This document shows positions 52,337 to 64,000 of a stretch of 64,000 nt of DNA, piece by piece. The DNA is from Phaeosaccion multiseriatum (taxonomy: Eukaryota > Protista > Ochrophyta, other classes), in the NCBI GenBank assembly GCA_965112735.1, contig OZ218960.1:1984001-2048000 (forward strand), in the 5' to 3' direction. Under the pieces are notes generated by a model that was not told the origin of the DNA, searched no databases, and was given only the letters and a program-made list of their open reading frames with translations. How positions within the stretch are numbered: the stretch's first letter is position 1; each line of letters begins with the position of its first letter. The position numbers and the translations under genes are program-made.

Positions 52337-53152
52337 TCAAGTCGCGGTATTGGTCTGCTCGAAGAACTGCCCAGTAATGGCTGCAAGCATTCCCAGGGTG
52401 GGCAGCCGCTTGTCGTCCACATCTACAATCTCGGCTCTCTGCGCACATACCCTTCGAAGCAGCTCTCGCACCACTGCAGCGCTGTCCCGTATGAGGGGCT
52501 TGTCTAGCAATGCCAACAGGGAGTATATCCACACACCGCGGGCTCTGGACAACACCTTGTTCTTGAGCCACGAGGCCTGGAATTCGAGCAGTCGATTCGT
52601 CAATACCCGATCAAACTGGAACAGTAGCGGCATGGTGGGAGAGCATCCCCGCGGGTACTCCTCTGCCCACTCGTGCCCCATCTTTCTGCCCTCGATTTTT
52701 GTAGCCGGCTCCTTGCCCTCCGCGCACCCCAGGCAGAAAATGTGCCATCCGAGCTCGTCCTTCAAGGCCGGGACAGGAACCCGCGCATCTGCAGCAGATC
52801 CCTCTGGCGGCTGCCCCCCCGGCTTGCCGCCCCGAGCCTTCCACCGCCGCAGATACTGCCGCACCTCCACAAAGTCCGCCAGCATGTGGCGCTGCCACTC
52901 TCTGCTCACCTCCAGGTGCGGCGGGCAGGGAGCCAACTCCTCCACGATGGGCTGGTACACCGTCTGAGGGGCGACAAATCGGGCGGGCACGTCAGCCTCC
53001 ACCACGTCGGGCAGCGACTCCGACTCCAGCTTGACCCGCAGAAGGTACTCATGGGCCGACGCCGGAGCCAGGCCTCGCGCCATCCTCTCCTGCACAACTC
53101 GCTTGTCCAGCCCACCCCCCGCGGCCAGCTGAGGCCGCTGGTCGAAGCTCAT
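52337..53152 (-). CDS. GEMIN2: Gemin2/SIP1 (SMN complex subunit), intronless
   Basis: EYLLRVKLE..LPDVV N-terminal motif; WIYSLLALLDKPL..VVRELLR; ITGQFFEQ C-terminus. Confidence 0.8.
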   Translation of the reverse strand: MSFDQRPQLAAGGGLDKRVVQERMARGLAPASAHEYLLRVKLESESLPDVVEADVPARFVAPQTVYQPIVEELAPCPPHLEVSREWQRHMLADFVEVRQYLRRWKARGGKPGGQPPEGSAADARVPVPALKDELGWHIFCLGCAEGKEPATKIEGRKMGHEWAEEYPRGCSPTMPLLFQFDRVLTNRLLEFQASWLKNKVLSRARGVWIYSLLALLDKPLIRDSAAVVRELLRRVCAQRAEIVDVDDKRLPTLGMLAAITGQFFEQTNTAT

Positions 53153-53239
53153 TGTTTGGCCTCGACCTGGATCGTGGGAGCCCTGATTGGTACGGGAGCC
53201 AAGAGGGAGATAGCGGAGGGGGAGGGGGGGAGGGAGACA

Positions 53240-53284
<45 letters not shown>

Positions 53285-53658
53285 GGGGGGGGGGGAGGGA
53301 GAGGGAGAAGGGGAGGGGGGGAGAGATACGAAAAGAAGAGAGAAGGGGAAGAGGGGAGGAGAGAGAAGATAGAGCGGTTCGTAATAGATAAAAAGAGTGG
53401 TAGTTTGGTGTCCCCGTCCTCTGCCCCTTTAAGCGGCAGAGTCCAATCCATCATAAAAAAACAGCGCAAATACGACGAAGCAGGTGAGGGAGGCTGGCGG
53501 ATAGTGCGTGCGCGAAGGAGTGAATGCACACGTCGTCTTGTTTTTGTCGAGTCTTCCTTGAGGAACAACGGAGACTTTTGTTCCTGGTTTTCCCTAGACG
53601 GTTGTTGAAGTCATCGTGTTCACGTCCCCGCTGTCCCCGCTGTCCCAGTTCACGCCAC

Positions 53659-55539
53659 ATGACGGCGATTTATAGCATGCGTCGCGCCCTCTCGACCACG
53701 GCGGCCAGCGGGGTGCTGCGGTCGCGGGCAGTGGCCGCCAGCTCCTCCACTCTGGTGCTGAAAAGGGCCGCCCCTTCGTGGGACTTTGCGACGCGGCGAT
53801 GGGCCTCCGTGGCTTCTCTCGGCATCGATAAGGCCACCGGCATTTCGGTCCCTAGCACCGTGCACAGGAATCTCAGCTACCCGGAGATCCACAAGCACGA
53901 GGTGGCGAACAAGGAAGGGGAGGTGACCAAGAATGGCACCGTTTGCGTTGACACTGGCAAGTTCACGGGGCGGTCGCCGGCCGACAAGTGGTTTGTGAAG
54001 CAGGAGCCCTCTGCGTCCAACATGGACTGGGGGAAGATCAACAAGCCTGTGGAGAAGAAGGTGTTTGACGTCGTGTACGGCCGCGCAGTGAAGCACTACA
54101 ATGACAATGTGAAGGAAATGTACGTCTTTGACGGCTACTGCGGGGCCAACAAGGCCAGCCGCAAGAAGGTGCGCTTCATCACGGAGCTGGCTTGGCAGCA
54201 CCACTTCGTCACCAACATGTTCATCAGACCCACGGCAGAGGAGCTCCAGGAGCCGTTCGAGCCCGACTACACCATCATCAATGCCTGCAAGGTGACCAAC
54301 CCGGACTACAAGGAGCTCGGGCTCAATAGCGACGTGGCCGTCATCTTCAATACCGAGGACAGCACGGCGGTCATCACGGGCACGTGGTACGGAGGGGAGA
54401 TGAAGAAGGGCATCTTCAGCATGATGAACTACTGGCTGCCTCTCGAGGGCATCATGGCCATGCATTGCTCGGCCAACAAGGTGAGGAAGGGTGCAGCGGA
54501 ACGGCAAGGAAGAGACTCGTGTACGCCTCTCTCTCTCTCCGCGAGTCATCCTCTTGGTTGCTACTAACCTCTTCTGCGCTCCTTGCGTGTTTGTGTCTTG
54601 CTTTCCCTGCTGGTTGAAAAGGGCAAGAAGGGGGACACTGCGCTCTTCTTCGGGCTCAGCGGCACGGGAAAGACCACTCTCTCGGCCGACCCCCATCGCT
54701 ACCTGATTGGGGACGACGAGCACGGCTGGGACGACCACGGCATCTTCAACTTTGAGGGGGGCTGCTACGCCAAGACCATCAACCTCAGCCGCGAGAACGA
54801 GCCCGAGATCTACGACGCCATCAAGACCGACGCCCTGCTGGAGAATGTCACCATCGGCCCGGACGGCACGCCCGACTACACGGACAAGTCCAAGACGGAG
54901 AACTCTCGCGTTTCCTACCCCCTCTTCCACATCCCCAACTTTGAGCGGACGGGCTGCGGCGAGCACCCCTCCAACATGATCTTCCTCACCTGCGACGCCT
55001 TTGGGGTGCTGCCCCCTGTGTCCCGCCTGAGCCCGGGCCAGGCCATGTACCACTTTTTGTCCGGGTACACGGCCAAGGTGGCGGGCACTGAGCGGGGGAT
55101 TACTGAGCCCACCCCCAACTTCTCCGCGTGCTTCGGAGCCGCCTTTTTGACGCTGCACCCCACGGTGTACGCCGACCTGCTGCAGAAGAAGCTCGACCGG
55201 CACGGCACCAAGGCCTTTTTGGTCAACACCGGCTGGACGGGCGGCGCCTACGGAGTGGGCAAGCGCATGTCCATCAAGGCCACGAGGGCGTGCGTGGAGG
55301 CCGTGTTGGATGGAACCATCAACGACGCCAATTTCACCGCTGACCCCTTCTTTGGGCTGGAGGTACCCGACTCGCTCCCCGGGGTGGAGGGCAAGGTGCT
55401 GAATCCTCGCGAGGCGTGGGAGGACAAGGCGGCCTTCGAGGAGACGGCAAAGAAGCTGGCGGGCATGTTCAGGGAGAACTACACCAAGTTTGTCAAGCCC
55501 GGTTTCACGGACTACTCCAAGTTCGGGCCCAAGCAGTAG
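53659..55539 (+). CDS. PCK: Phosphoenolpyruvate carboxykinase (ATP), mitochondrial-type presequence, 2 exons (intron ~54481-54621)
   Basis: [53 protein letters not shown]. Confidence 0.97.
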
Positions 55540-55881
55540 GCAGGGTATTCACACAGTAGGAGGAGAAGGGGGCGAGAGTGGAGGCCTGCCTTGCATGCAA
55601 GCTGCTTCTTGCTGCTTCGGCGGAACGGGCGGCGTCAAATCCACGCATGCATTCTTGTAGCTTGCAGCGCGGCATGGCCGATCGATCCCTCCTCCGATCC
55701 TCTACCCTCTCACTTCGTCCGCGATCGTTTCGTTTTTGTTGCATGTAACCGAATTTTGATTTTTGATCTCCTTCGCGCAGTGGCATTGGCAAGGAAAAAA
55801 AAGTTTTCAGTGCCCGCTTTTTTTTCCTGTTCATGTTTACTGTATACTTCATTTTTCGCCGTCCCCTTTTTTCTCTTTATC

Positions 55882-57136
55882 ATGTTCGCCTCCCGCTGCA
55901 GCGCTATCCTTTCCCGAGGAGCAGGGAGACTGGGGTCGCTCACCCCCATCCTTGCCAGCAGGGCGGGTAGCCAGAGCAAGCTTCCCCTCGCTGCGCTTCT
56001 CGGCCTTGTTGCAGGAGGAGCCGCCGTGACGGAGAGGACGACTCCCGCCCATTGCGACCACGTCAAGTTCCCCCACACGGGACTCCCTGGCACGCACCAC
56101 GAGAGGAGCTTCATTGTGAGTCTGCCAGGGCTTTAGTTAGCTCATTTTGCTGCTGGTATTCACTTTCCCCCCCTCCCCTTCTTCTTCCTTATTCCTCTCA
56201 GGCCATCAAACCGGACGGAGTGCAAAGGGGCCTCATCGGAGAGATCATTGGCCGTTTCGAGAAGAAGGGATTCAAGCTCGTTGCACTGAAGATGATCTGG
56301 CCCAGCGAAGAGGTGAGAGAGAGACAATCATGCCGAGAGAATAATGGGCCGCCCACCCTCTCACCCCTCTCCCACCACCCCCTTGCCGCTTTCTCCCCTC
56401 TTTGAGTAGATGGCCTCCAAGCACTACGACGACCTCAAGAGCAAGAAGTAGGTTCCCCTATACGCAACACCATCAGGCAAACGATACGCCCCCTCGTGTC
56501 AGGATACACCCTAAAGGATCCCCCATGGCCCCATACGTTGTGCACGCTCCCTCAGGTTCTTCGCCGGCCTGGTTAAGTACTTCTCGTCCGGTCCCGTCGT
56601 GGCGATGGTCTGGGAAGGCCCCGATGTTATCCTCACAGGCCGGAAGATCCTGGGTAAGACAGATCACCGCCTTCTGACCCGCCTCTCCTCCTCGGCTTTC
56701 CTCCACCCCTCCCCCCTCTTTGTAGTAAGAACTTGGCATGCATGGGCAAGAAAGTAAACACTCTCTCCATGTAAATCCCGAGAACTTCGGGAAAGTTGTG
56801 GTGTGTGTGTTGGATGACTTTTCGAAGTGTCCCAGACAATCTCCCATCATCTTCGAAGTATGGGGGTGTGAGTTGACGACCACTTGGGTATGTTGGGTAG
56901 GTTAACTCACTGCCCCCCTCGCGCCGCTTGCTTGCTCACCATCAGGAGCAACCAACCCCGCTGAGTCCGCTGTTGGCACCATCAGGGGTGACCTCTGCCT
57001 CACGGTAGCACGCAACGTGTGCCACGGCTCCGATGGGCCCGACTCGGCCAAGCACGAGATCGGCATGTGGTTCACAGAGCAGGAGTGCTCCGCGTGGCCA
57101 CGTACCATTGAGGACTGGGTGGTTGCCGATAACTAA
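55882..57136 (+). CDS. NDK: Nucleoside diphosphate kinase, mitochondrial-type, 5 exons
   Basis: [46 protein letters not shown]. Confidence 0.95.
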
Positions 57137-57580
57137 GCGTCTTAGCTCCTGTTACTTCCGCGAGACCCACAGGCAGCTAGCCCTGAAGGAAAAAGTTGGA
57201 AAAGGAGGGAGAGGCAGCGATTTGTAATAGGAGAGTCAGCGCACAGCCGCGCAAGTGTAGACCGGTGACGCTTTAATGAAAGGATAGCGATGATAATGTT
57301 GCCACGTGTTGTTGCCTTTGGTTGGCAGCGTAGGCCTTTCATTCTCCTCCCTCCCAGTCTACGAGCCTCTCGTGTCTTCGGCCTAAGCACGCCTGTATGG
57401 TTCACATCCCAAAAGACACAAGGATGAGACAAGGGTACTTAAAGGAAACGACACGCGTTGTTTCCTTGTACCCAGGTGTGAGAAGAGAGGGGGGGGACAA
57501 TATGATTCCAAATTTTGCCTAGTAAGTCAACAAACGTTACACGGGGCCCTTGGGGGAGGAGGGGAGGAGAAGAAGCAGCC

Positions 57581-59683
57581 ATGTATGGGTCCTTCCGTGA
57601 CTCCCGAGGAAGGGTCAGGGACAGAGAATGGGAGAAGACCGGGCTGGGGGTGGGGCTGCAGCAGGATCAGAAAAGGAACACACGCTGGCTGGTCGTTGTT
57701 GGCGCTGTTGGCGTCTGCGCCTTGCTCATGCTCGCCAGCGTTCTCGTTGGCAACCGGGCGAGCAGTGTTGAGGGTAGACCCATACAGGTCAGCGACCTGA
57801 ACGTCAACGGTGGGAGAGGAGCTGGGCTGGGCCAACTCGCAGCAGACGTACCAGTAGTAGAAGGAGGAGGAGGAGGAGAAGGAGGAGCACGCTCAGACGA
57901 TCCAAGTTCAAGGGACAATGTATATAAGGAATCTGCCGAGGGCAAAGGAACAGAAGACGAGGAGGCGAGGAGTGGCCAGAGTCCGCCGCACATTGTGTAT
58001 ATATTGGTTGATGACATGGGGTGGGGGGATATTGGCTACCAGTCCAACGACCTCGCTGGCTTGACGCCAGTGATGGACCGCCTGGCTGAGGAAGGTGTGA
58101 AGCTGAACCATTTTTATAGCATGCACCTGTGCACACCGTCGAGAGCGGCGCTAATGTCGGGCAAGTATCCCAGCAATGTGGGCATGAACTTCGACGTAAT
58201 TCATGCGGACTCGCCCTGGGGCTTACCGCTGGATCAGCCCCTCTTGCCGGAGATACTGCGAGGCCAGCAGAGAGGGGAAGGAGCAGGAGGATACACCTCT
58301 CATGCAGTGGGAAAGTGGCACATTGGCCATTCCGATCCGCTGTATATGCCTCAGAACAGAGGCTTTACCACCTTCCTGGGCTACATGCAGGGGGAAATGG
58401 ACTACTGGAGCCACAGACTGCCCGACTTGTACGCAGGCGACTACTTCTTCGATTTCGTGAAGGCAGACAGCGAGGGATACTCCCCGGCTTGGGGTGACTA
58501 CGCGAATCAGTATACCACAGAGATCTTCACCGATCGGGCCGTAGAGCTCATTGAGGCCCACGAGGAGGAGGAGGATCCCCTCTTCCTGTACTTGGCCTAC
58601 CAGGCAGTGCACTACCCCACCAACCCGCCCGCCGACAGCATGCTCTCGGCCGAGCAGCTAGAGCTCGTCAATAGCATGGAGAACCCTGAGCGCCGGATGT
58701 TCGCCAAGGTCCTCACTTACCTGGACTCTTCCATTGGGCGGGTGGTGGACAGTCTCGAGGCGCAAGGCATGCTGGACAATTCCGTCATTGTCCTCACCAG
58801 CGATAACGGGGGCTGCCCGCGGTATGGGGCCTCCAACTTCCCTCTGCGGGGCCTAAAGCACTTCATGTTTGAAGGCGGCGTGCGCGTGCCCGGCTTTGTG
58901 CACAGCGCGCTCTTGCCCTCCGCGGCTCGCGGTCAGACCTACGAAGGCCTCTTTCATATGGTAGACATGGTGCCCACTCTCGCCAGTGCCGCAGGAGTGG
59001 ATCTCTCTGCGGTGTTGGGGGAGGAGGGGCTGGCGGAGCTGGACGGGGTGGATCAGTGGCCGAGCCTCATGGCTGAGGGGCAGGGGCAGGGGCAGGGGCA
59101 GGGGCAGAGCAGCAGCTACCCCAGGAGCGAGGTGCTGATTCACTACGACCCCTACGAAGCAAGCCCTCAGGGGATCGACAGCTCCTTCGCACCGAGGGCA
59201 GCCATCATCTCCAGCGGGTGGAAGCTGATTCTCAATGAGTACTGCAACGCGTACCACAGCTACAACAAGGAGGTGGCCGACCCAGCCCTTAATGTGTGCC
59301 CAGCCGACACTCCGGCCTGCTCCTCCTGCTCAGGCATCTGCACCTCGGAGGGGGGTATCGGCGGCGGCCAAGACGGCAACGACCACGACGATGACGAGAA
59401 GGAGGAGGCCAATCAGACGGGGGGAGAAGCGAGGGACGAAAAGGATGATCCATCGGAACTCCTGACCGGAAGATCGTCCTATCTGTTCCACCTTGACGAG
59501 GACCCATATGAGACGACCAATCTCTTCGAGGCCCTTCCGGACAAGGTGAAGGACATGAGCCGCTTGCTCGAACAAGCCGTGCAGCGAGCCGTGGCGTCCG
59601 TGTGGGTGGAGGACAATGTAGACGCCGCTGTGGGCGTGTGGAAGGCCAGCAGTATGACTGTCTTACCGTGGGAAGGCTTGTAG
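57581..59683 (+). CDS. Formylglycine-dependent sulfatase (arylsulfatase B-like) with N-terminal membrane anchor, intronless
   Basis: PHIVYILVDDMGWGD, CTPSRAALMSG, VGKWHIG, TSDNGG, PLRGLKH, FEGGVRVP. Confidence 0.93.
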   Translation: MYGSFRDSRGRVRDREWEKTGLGVGLQQDQKRNTRWLVVVGAVGVCALLMLASVLVGNRASSVEGRPIQVSDLNVNGGRGAGLGQLAADVPVVEGGGGGEGGARSDDPSSRDNVYKESAEGKGTEDEEARSGQSPPHIVYILVDDMGWGDIGYQSNDLAGLTPVMDRLAEEGVKLNHFYSMHLCTPSRAALMSGKYPSNVGMNFDVIHADSPWGLPLDQPLLPEILRGQQRGEGAGGYTSHAVGKWHIGHSDPLYMPQNRGFTTFLGYMQGEMDYWSHRLPDLYAGDYFFDFVKADSEGYSPAWGDYANQYTTEIFTDRAVELIEAHEEEEDPLFLYLAYQAVHYPTNPPADSMLSAEQLELVNSMENPERRMFAKVLTYLDSSIGRVVDSLEAQGMLDNSVIVLTSDNGGCPRYGASNFPLRGLKHFMFEGGVRVPGFVHSALLPSAARGQTYEGLFHMVDMVPTLASAAGVDLSAVLGEEGLAELDGVDQWPSLMAEGQGQGQGQGQSSSYPRSEVLIHYDPYEASPQGIDSSFAPRAAIISSGWKLILNEYCNAYHSYNKEVADPALNVCPADTPACSSCSGICTSEGGIGGGQDGNDHDDDEKEEANQTGGEARDEKDDPSELLTGRSSYLFHLDEDPYETTNLFEALPDKVKDMSRLLEQAVQRAVASVWVEDNVDAAVGVWKASSMTVLPWEGL

Positions 59684-59866
59684 GGTAGGGGGTAGGGTAG
59701 GGTAGGGTATAGGGTAGGGTAGGGTACGGGAGGGCAAGGCAAGGCAAGTATTGAGTCCTTTCTTTGCGTACATGTATAGCTCCCTAAACTTAATTTATTT
59801 AAGACGTCGTGTCTTTGAGTGGGGTAATGATGGTCCGCAGCCGCCGTTTCCCTCCGTTCACTGCAT

Positions 59867-60949
59867 TCAAAGCCTTTGCGAGCGCTGAGAGAGCAGAGTA
59901 ATGACTGCCACACCCCCCACCACACACACCACATGTGGCAGACATGCCATCCACGCGCGAGCTTTGCCATGAGAGGGGGAAGGGGTGCTCTTGAGACTGT
60001 TCTCCTCGACACCTTGGCACGCGTGCGTCGGACCAGCGTCGCCGTTGCCGTCTGGACAAGAGTCGGGGATGGCTATTTCGAGGAGCTGGAGTGCGGCAAG
60101 CAGAGCTAGCCTATGCTCCTCCTTGCCAACGATGGCAATGGCTGCCTCAACCGACACCTGTGGTGCGCGGCACAGCAGCAGCGGACAGCAGTAGGAGGTT
60201 CGAAAGGAGGCAGGTCCAGGACGAATTGAGTTGGTTAGCGGCTTCACTTCTGTCCCTCGACACTCCTCCCCCCCCCAGCCGCGCCAAGGTACAGCCACAC
60301 ACCGCCCTGAAACAAGGCCCCTACCGACTCCAAACCTCGTGTCCCCATGTCACTGCTCCTGGTGCCACTCACTCACTCACTCACTCACCACCCTCCTCTC
60401 TCGGCAGTCCCCCTCGGGCCAAGCCTTGAGCACTTCTTTCACCTCCATGAGGTACATGCTCATCTTGCTGCTGTTGCCCCTCTTGCTCTTGAACCGGGCT
60501 TCGAACATGACTGTCTCCCCCAGCACCTCGCCTCGCACCTAGAGGGAGGGGCATGGAGATACAATGATTCATCACCACGTGTGAAGGTCAAACACAGGGC
60601 GTAGATGAAAGACAAGGTAAGCCAAGTCAGCTTCTTCCACACAGTCACTTACGCCTGCCTCCTCGTACGCTTCCCTAGCCGCGCCTGTCGTCGCAGTTTC
60701 GTCCGTCTCCCACCCTCCCTTGGGGAATATCCACTGCTCTGACTTCGTGCTCAACACCATGACGAAGTGCGGCGCCCCTCGTCCGTCTCCGCGGTCGACA
60801 ATCACCCCCTCCGCCGTCTGCCAGAGCACGGGCACAACACCGACTATAAGCCTGGTGCCGTCGGCCTCATATCGCTGTAGCTCTCTACCCGCTCTTGCCA
60901 CCCCCTCTGCCAGGCTTCCAATGCTGCTCATGCTGGTGCTCAACTTCAT
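59867..60949 (-). CDS. Nudix hydrolase, diphosphoinositol-polyphosphate phosphohydrolase (DIPP)-like, 3 exons
   Basis: ARAGRELQRY, WIFPKGGWETDETATTGAAREAYEEAGVRG Nudix box, WPEGDCRER. Confidence 0.88.
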
Positions 60950-61489
60950 CTTGCTCGCTCGCTACTGGGGCTTTGGCGCTCCTGGCTCAGGCCTGGTCAA
61001 GAGAAAGAGAGGGAGAGAGAGAGTGCGCGCGAGCAGCGCGAGAGAGAGAGGGAGGGAGAAAGGGTCGATCAGTACTCTAACCTCAAGAGAAAGAGGGAAG
61101 GGGAGGAAGAAGAGGAAGAGGGTTGGGGGGAGGGGAAAGAAGGGAAGTAGGCAGGATGACGCAGGAGAGACAGGCGACGACCACGGCAAGCCAAGGTGAG
61201 CTTCTTCTGACCTTTCTTCCCTCTTCTTAGCAACCTTCCTTCCTTCAGAAGGGGGGGGGAGGGAGGTCTCCCCTCCTGCTTTGGGCCTCGTCAACGTAGC
61301 TAGTTTCTTTCTCATCGTGCCCCCCCATACCCCTCTATCCTCATCATCATTGCGAAATAGAGAAGGAAGACCGGTGAAGCAGTGGAGTCCTTCAACAGGG
61401 GGGGGGGGGAAAGATCAATAAAAGAAATAATTAAGTCACGGAAAGAGAAAAGCGGAACCGGGCATTTTAGAAGACATTAATAAAGAAAA

Positions 61490-63984
61490 ATGGCAGCAGC
61501 ACCAGGAGCCGAAGGTGCTGCAACGTCCGCCTCCGCTTTCTTCGACGGCGATGCTGGGAGTGAGGAGACGACGAAGCTCTTACAAGATGCAGCTCAGGTG
61601 CGACTCCATCGAGAAGAGAGAGGGAAGAGTAGATGACAATTAATGGAGGGAGGGAGAGTGAGGAGAGAAGAGAGGAGGTCCTTCGAAAAGCGCGCTCAAA
61701 TCGGCACTGTTGCGTATCCTAACCGGGTCGCCTTGCTCTCTACAATGTAGACCTTGCGTCCGTGGCTGAGCGAGCAGCGCCTGCTGGGCCGAGCGGTGGT
61801 ATGCATCAGCAGCGGCGGAACAGCCGTGGCGCTGGAGAAGAACACGGTGAGGTCCATCGACAACTTCAGCACGGGGATGCGGGGCGCGCTCTCAGCCGAG
61901 TGAGTGAGGGAGGGAGTGAGAGGGAGATGAGGAATGGAAGGGTGGGTTGCTGGGTGGGTTCGTGAGCCTTGCCCGATTGGAGGGCGAAGCAGTAGCAGCT
62001 TCATGCTCGCTGAATCCTTCTGGTGCCTTGAGGCTCTCTAAGCTCAAAGCATCTTGCTGCTGCTGCTGCTGCTGCTTCCTCTCCCAGGGAATTCCTCGGC
62101 CTCGGCTACGCGGTCATCTACCTCCACCGCAAGGGCTGTTCGGCACCTTTCGCTCGCACCTTCCAGCAAGTGCTTTCCAAGCACGTCGATCTACGCCTTA
62201 TGGAGAGCCTCCGGGTCACTCCGAGGGGCGGGGTGCACGTGGCAGGGTCCGCGGACAGAGCGGATGGGCAGCAGGTGAGGGCGATACGCAGACACCACAT
62301 CCATTGGCTTGACTCAGCCAAGAGTGGGCTTAATCAAGTCTTGTGTGGGGGGCGATAGGCAGGGTAACCTCTGGGGCTCGGCACTACTTCCTTCCTCCAC
62401 ATGGACCAGCCGCTGCCATACCTCTCGTCCATCGGCTGCCATCTGATCATTCATCCGTGCCATCCATCTGCATCACCCATCCGCCGCCATGCATCTGCAG
62501 GCGACCACTGACGAGGAGCTGGCGCAAGCCGTCATGCGGTACCGAGACGCTGTCGGGCAGTCCCTCTTGCTGCCGCTCTCGTTTGTGAGTGTGGACGAGT
62601 ATCTGTGGCTGCTGAAGCTCGTGTGCGAGGAGCTCGAGCCCTTGGGGAGACAAGCCATGTTGTTCCTTGCGGCCGCTGTTAGCGACTTCTTCGTCCCCAA
62701 AGAGGAAATGGCGGCGCACAAGATACAGTCCGCGAATGGGTGAGTCACAAGCATCCGCCACACTGCGGTACTATCTGCGTACCACCACCCGTCCCTCGCG
62801 TTCAGAGGCTATGCTCCGATGAGGCCTCTCCCGTCCCGTTCCTTTCTTTCTCGCGGTGAAGGTGGTGGCGTCCGCTGCTGCTTGCGTCGTTCCGTTCCGC
62901 CTCCCTGCCTGCCCGCCCACCAACCTGCCCGTGGCCGCCTCCCCTTTCATGCTTCGCGCTGCCTCTGCAGAGCAAAGCCTCAGTCGTCCCTTCCCCCTGT
63001 CCATGTCGTTGTGTTGTGTTGTGTTGTGTGTTGCTGTCCTGGCCTGGCGGAGGCAGGGGCTTGACCCTCCATTTGCAGCCCGTGCCCAAGTGCCTAGGGC
63101 TGGTGAGGTCAGTGTGGGCGAGTGAGGCCTTCTGCGTATCCTTCAAGCTAGAGACGGACGAAACCATTCTCATGCAAAAGGCGCTGGGGGCCATCAGTAG
63201 GTGGGTGGGTGCGTGTGTGTGTACGTTTATGCGTGTGTGCGAGCGTGAGTGTGTTTGTCTCTCGAGGTGAGGCTGCTTGGCTTGGTGCGGGGATGCGGCG
63301 GGCTGGGAGGGGTTCGCTAAGACGCAGAAAAGTAGCCAGAGCAAGTGCACAGCTTATGCTTTCGGCCCTAAGCTAAGGGACACTCCCTCCTCCTCCTCCG
63401 CAACCCCCCGCTCGTATCCTTACCAAACACACACACACACACGCGCACACACACACATGTATGTGAAGGTACGGGGTGCACTTGGTGGTGGCTAATGAGC
63501 TTCACAGCAGGTACAAGAGGGTGACTCTTGTGGAGTCGAGTGAGAGTCAGCAGATCATCGACAAAAACGACAAGGATGCGCACATCGAGCGAGTGCTCTG
63601 TCAAGAGCTCGCAAAGTGCCACTACGGGTAAGCAATCGGAAGCAGGAGAAGGGGCGTCACACACACACAGATATACATATGCATACATAGAGAGAGGGAT
63701 GGAGAAAGTGGGGTCCTGCTCTGCGCTACAGTGCGCCTATAGCATGGGGTATGGGGGCGCAAGTTAGTAAGGCGGGGGGGGAGCTGACCCTCTGATCTCC
63801 TTCTCGCCCCACCCACTCGCTACACACACTGCTCGCCCATGGCAGATACATGGCAAGCGGGGATGGTCCTGCGAACGGCGAATCGTCCGCCTCCGGTGCT
63901 GCTGCCACCCCCAAAGGAAGCAAGGCCGGGCTGCTCTCTCGCCCCAGCAACCCTCGCAGGAGAGCCGCGTCCAAAGCCCTCGAG
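61490..63984 (+). CDS. PPCS: Phosphopantothenate-cysteine ligase (CoaB type), multi-exon, probably continues beyond the window
   Basis: [71 protein letters not shown]. Confidence 0.93.
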
Positions 63985-64000
63985 GTAGGTTTACGTATGT

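Noticed and set aside
53650-55203. 517-aa antisense ORF over PEPCK and similar shadow ORFs
   Set aside because: Expected from GC3-rich codon usage on the opposite strand of real genes
46191-57136. Metabolic cluster of FAD2, IDH, PEPCK and NDPK
   Set aside because: Interspersed with RPS2 and Gemin2; ordinary housekeeping neighbourhood with no evidence of co-regulation

Overview
Gene-dense eukaryotic nuclear DNA. It is most likely from a flagellated photosynthetic stramenopile (ochrophyte); this is inferred from a bipartite plastid presequence, mitochondrial-type PEPCK, a 7TM-RGS protein and axonemal genes. About 22 protein-coding genes are supported, many split by microsatellite-filled spliceosomal introns: 6-phosphogluconolactonase, TTLL6/13-like glutamylase, a divergent stand-alone ubiquitin, a DgoA/Eda-like aldolase, a plastid-targeted spermidine synthase-HAD phosphatase fusion, Rab2, 7TM-RGS, PiT transporter, TIP30-like reductase, CNBD K+ channel, ODA-docking-complex-like coiled-coil protein, delta-12 desaturase, NADP-IDH, RPS2, Gemin2, PEPCK, NDPK, sulfatase, Nudix hydrolase and PPCS. 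The most notable observations are: (1) the aminopropyltransferase+HAD fusion, whose junction lies inside one exon, head-to-head with an aldolase that has lost its catalytic Glu; (2) a set of small non-autonomous TIR elements with 5'-TCG..CGA-3' termini, ~6-bp target-site duplications and modular heptamer/GC-hairpin interiors; (3) polarised introns (purine 5' half, complementary pyrimidine 3' half) and (GTGA)n arrays growing out of splice donors. Exon boundaries were read by eye and are approximate where noted.
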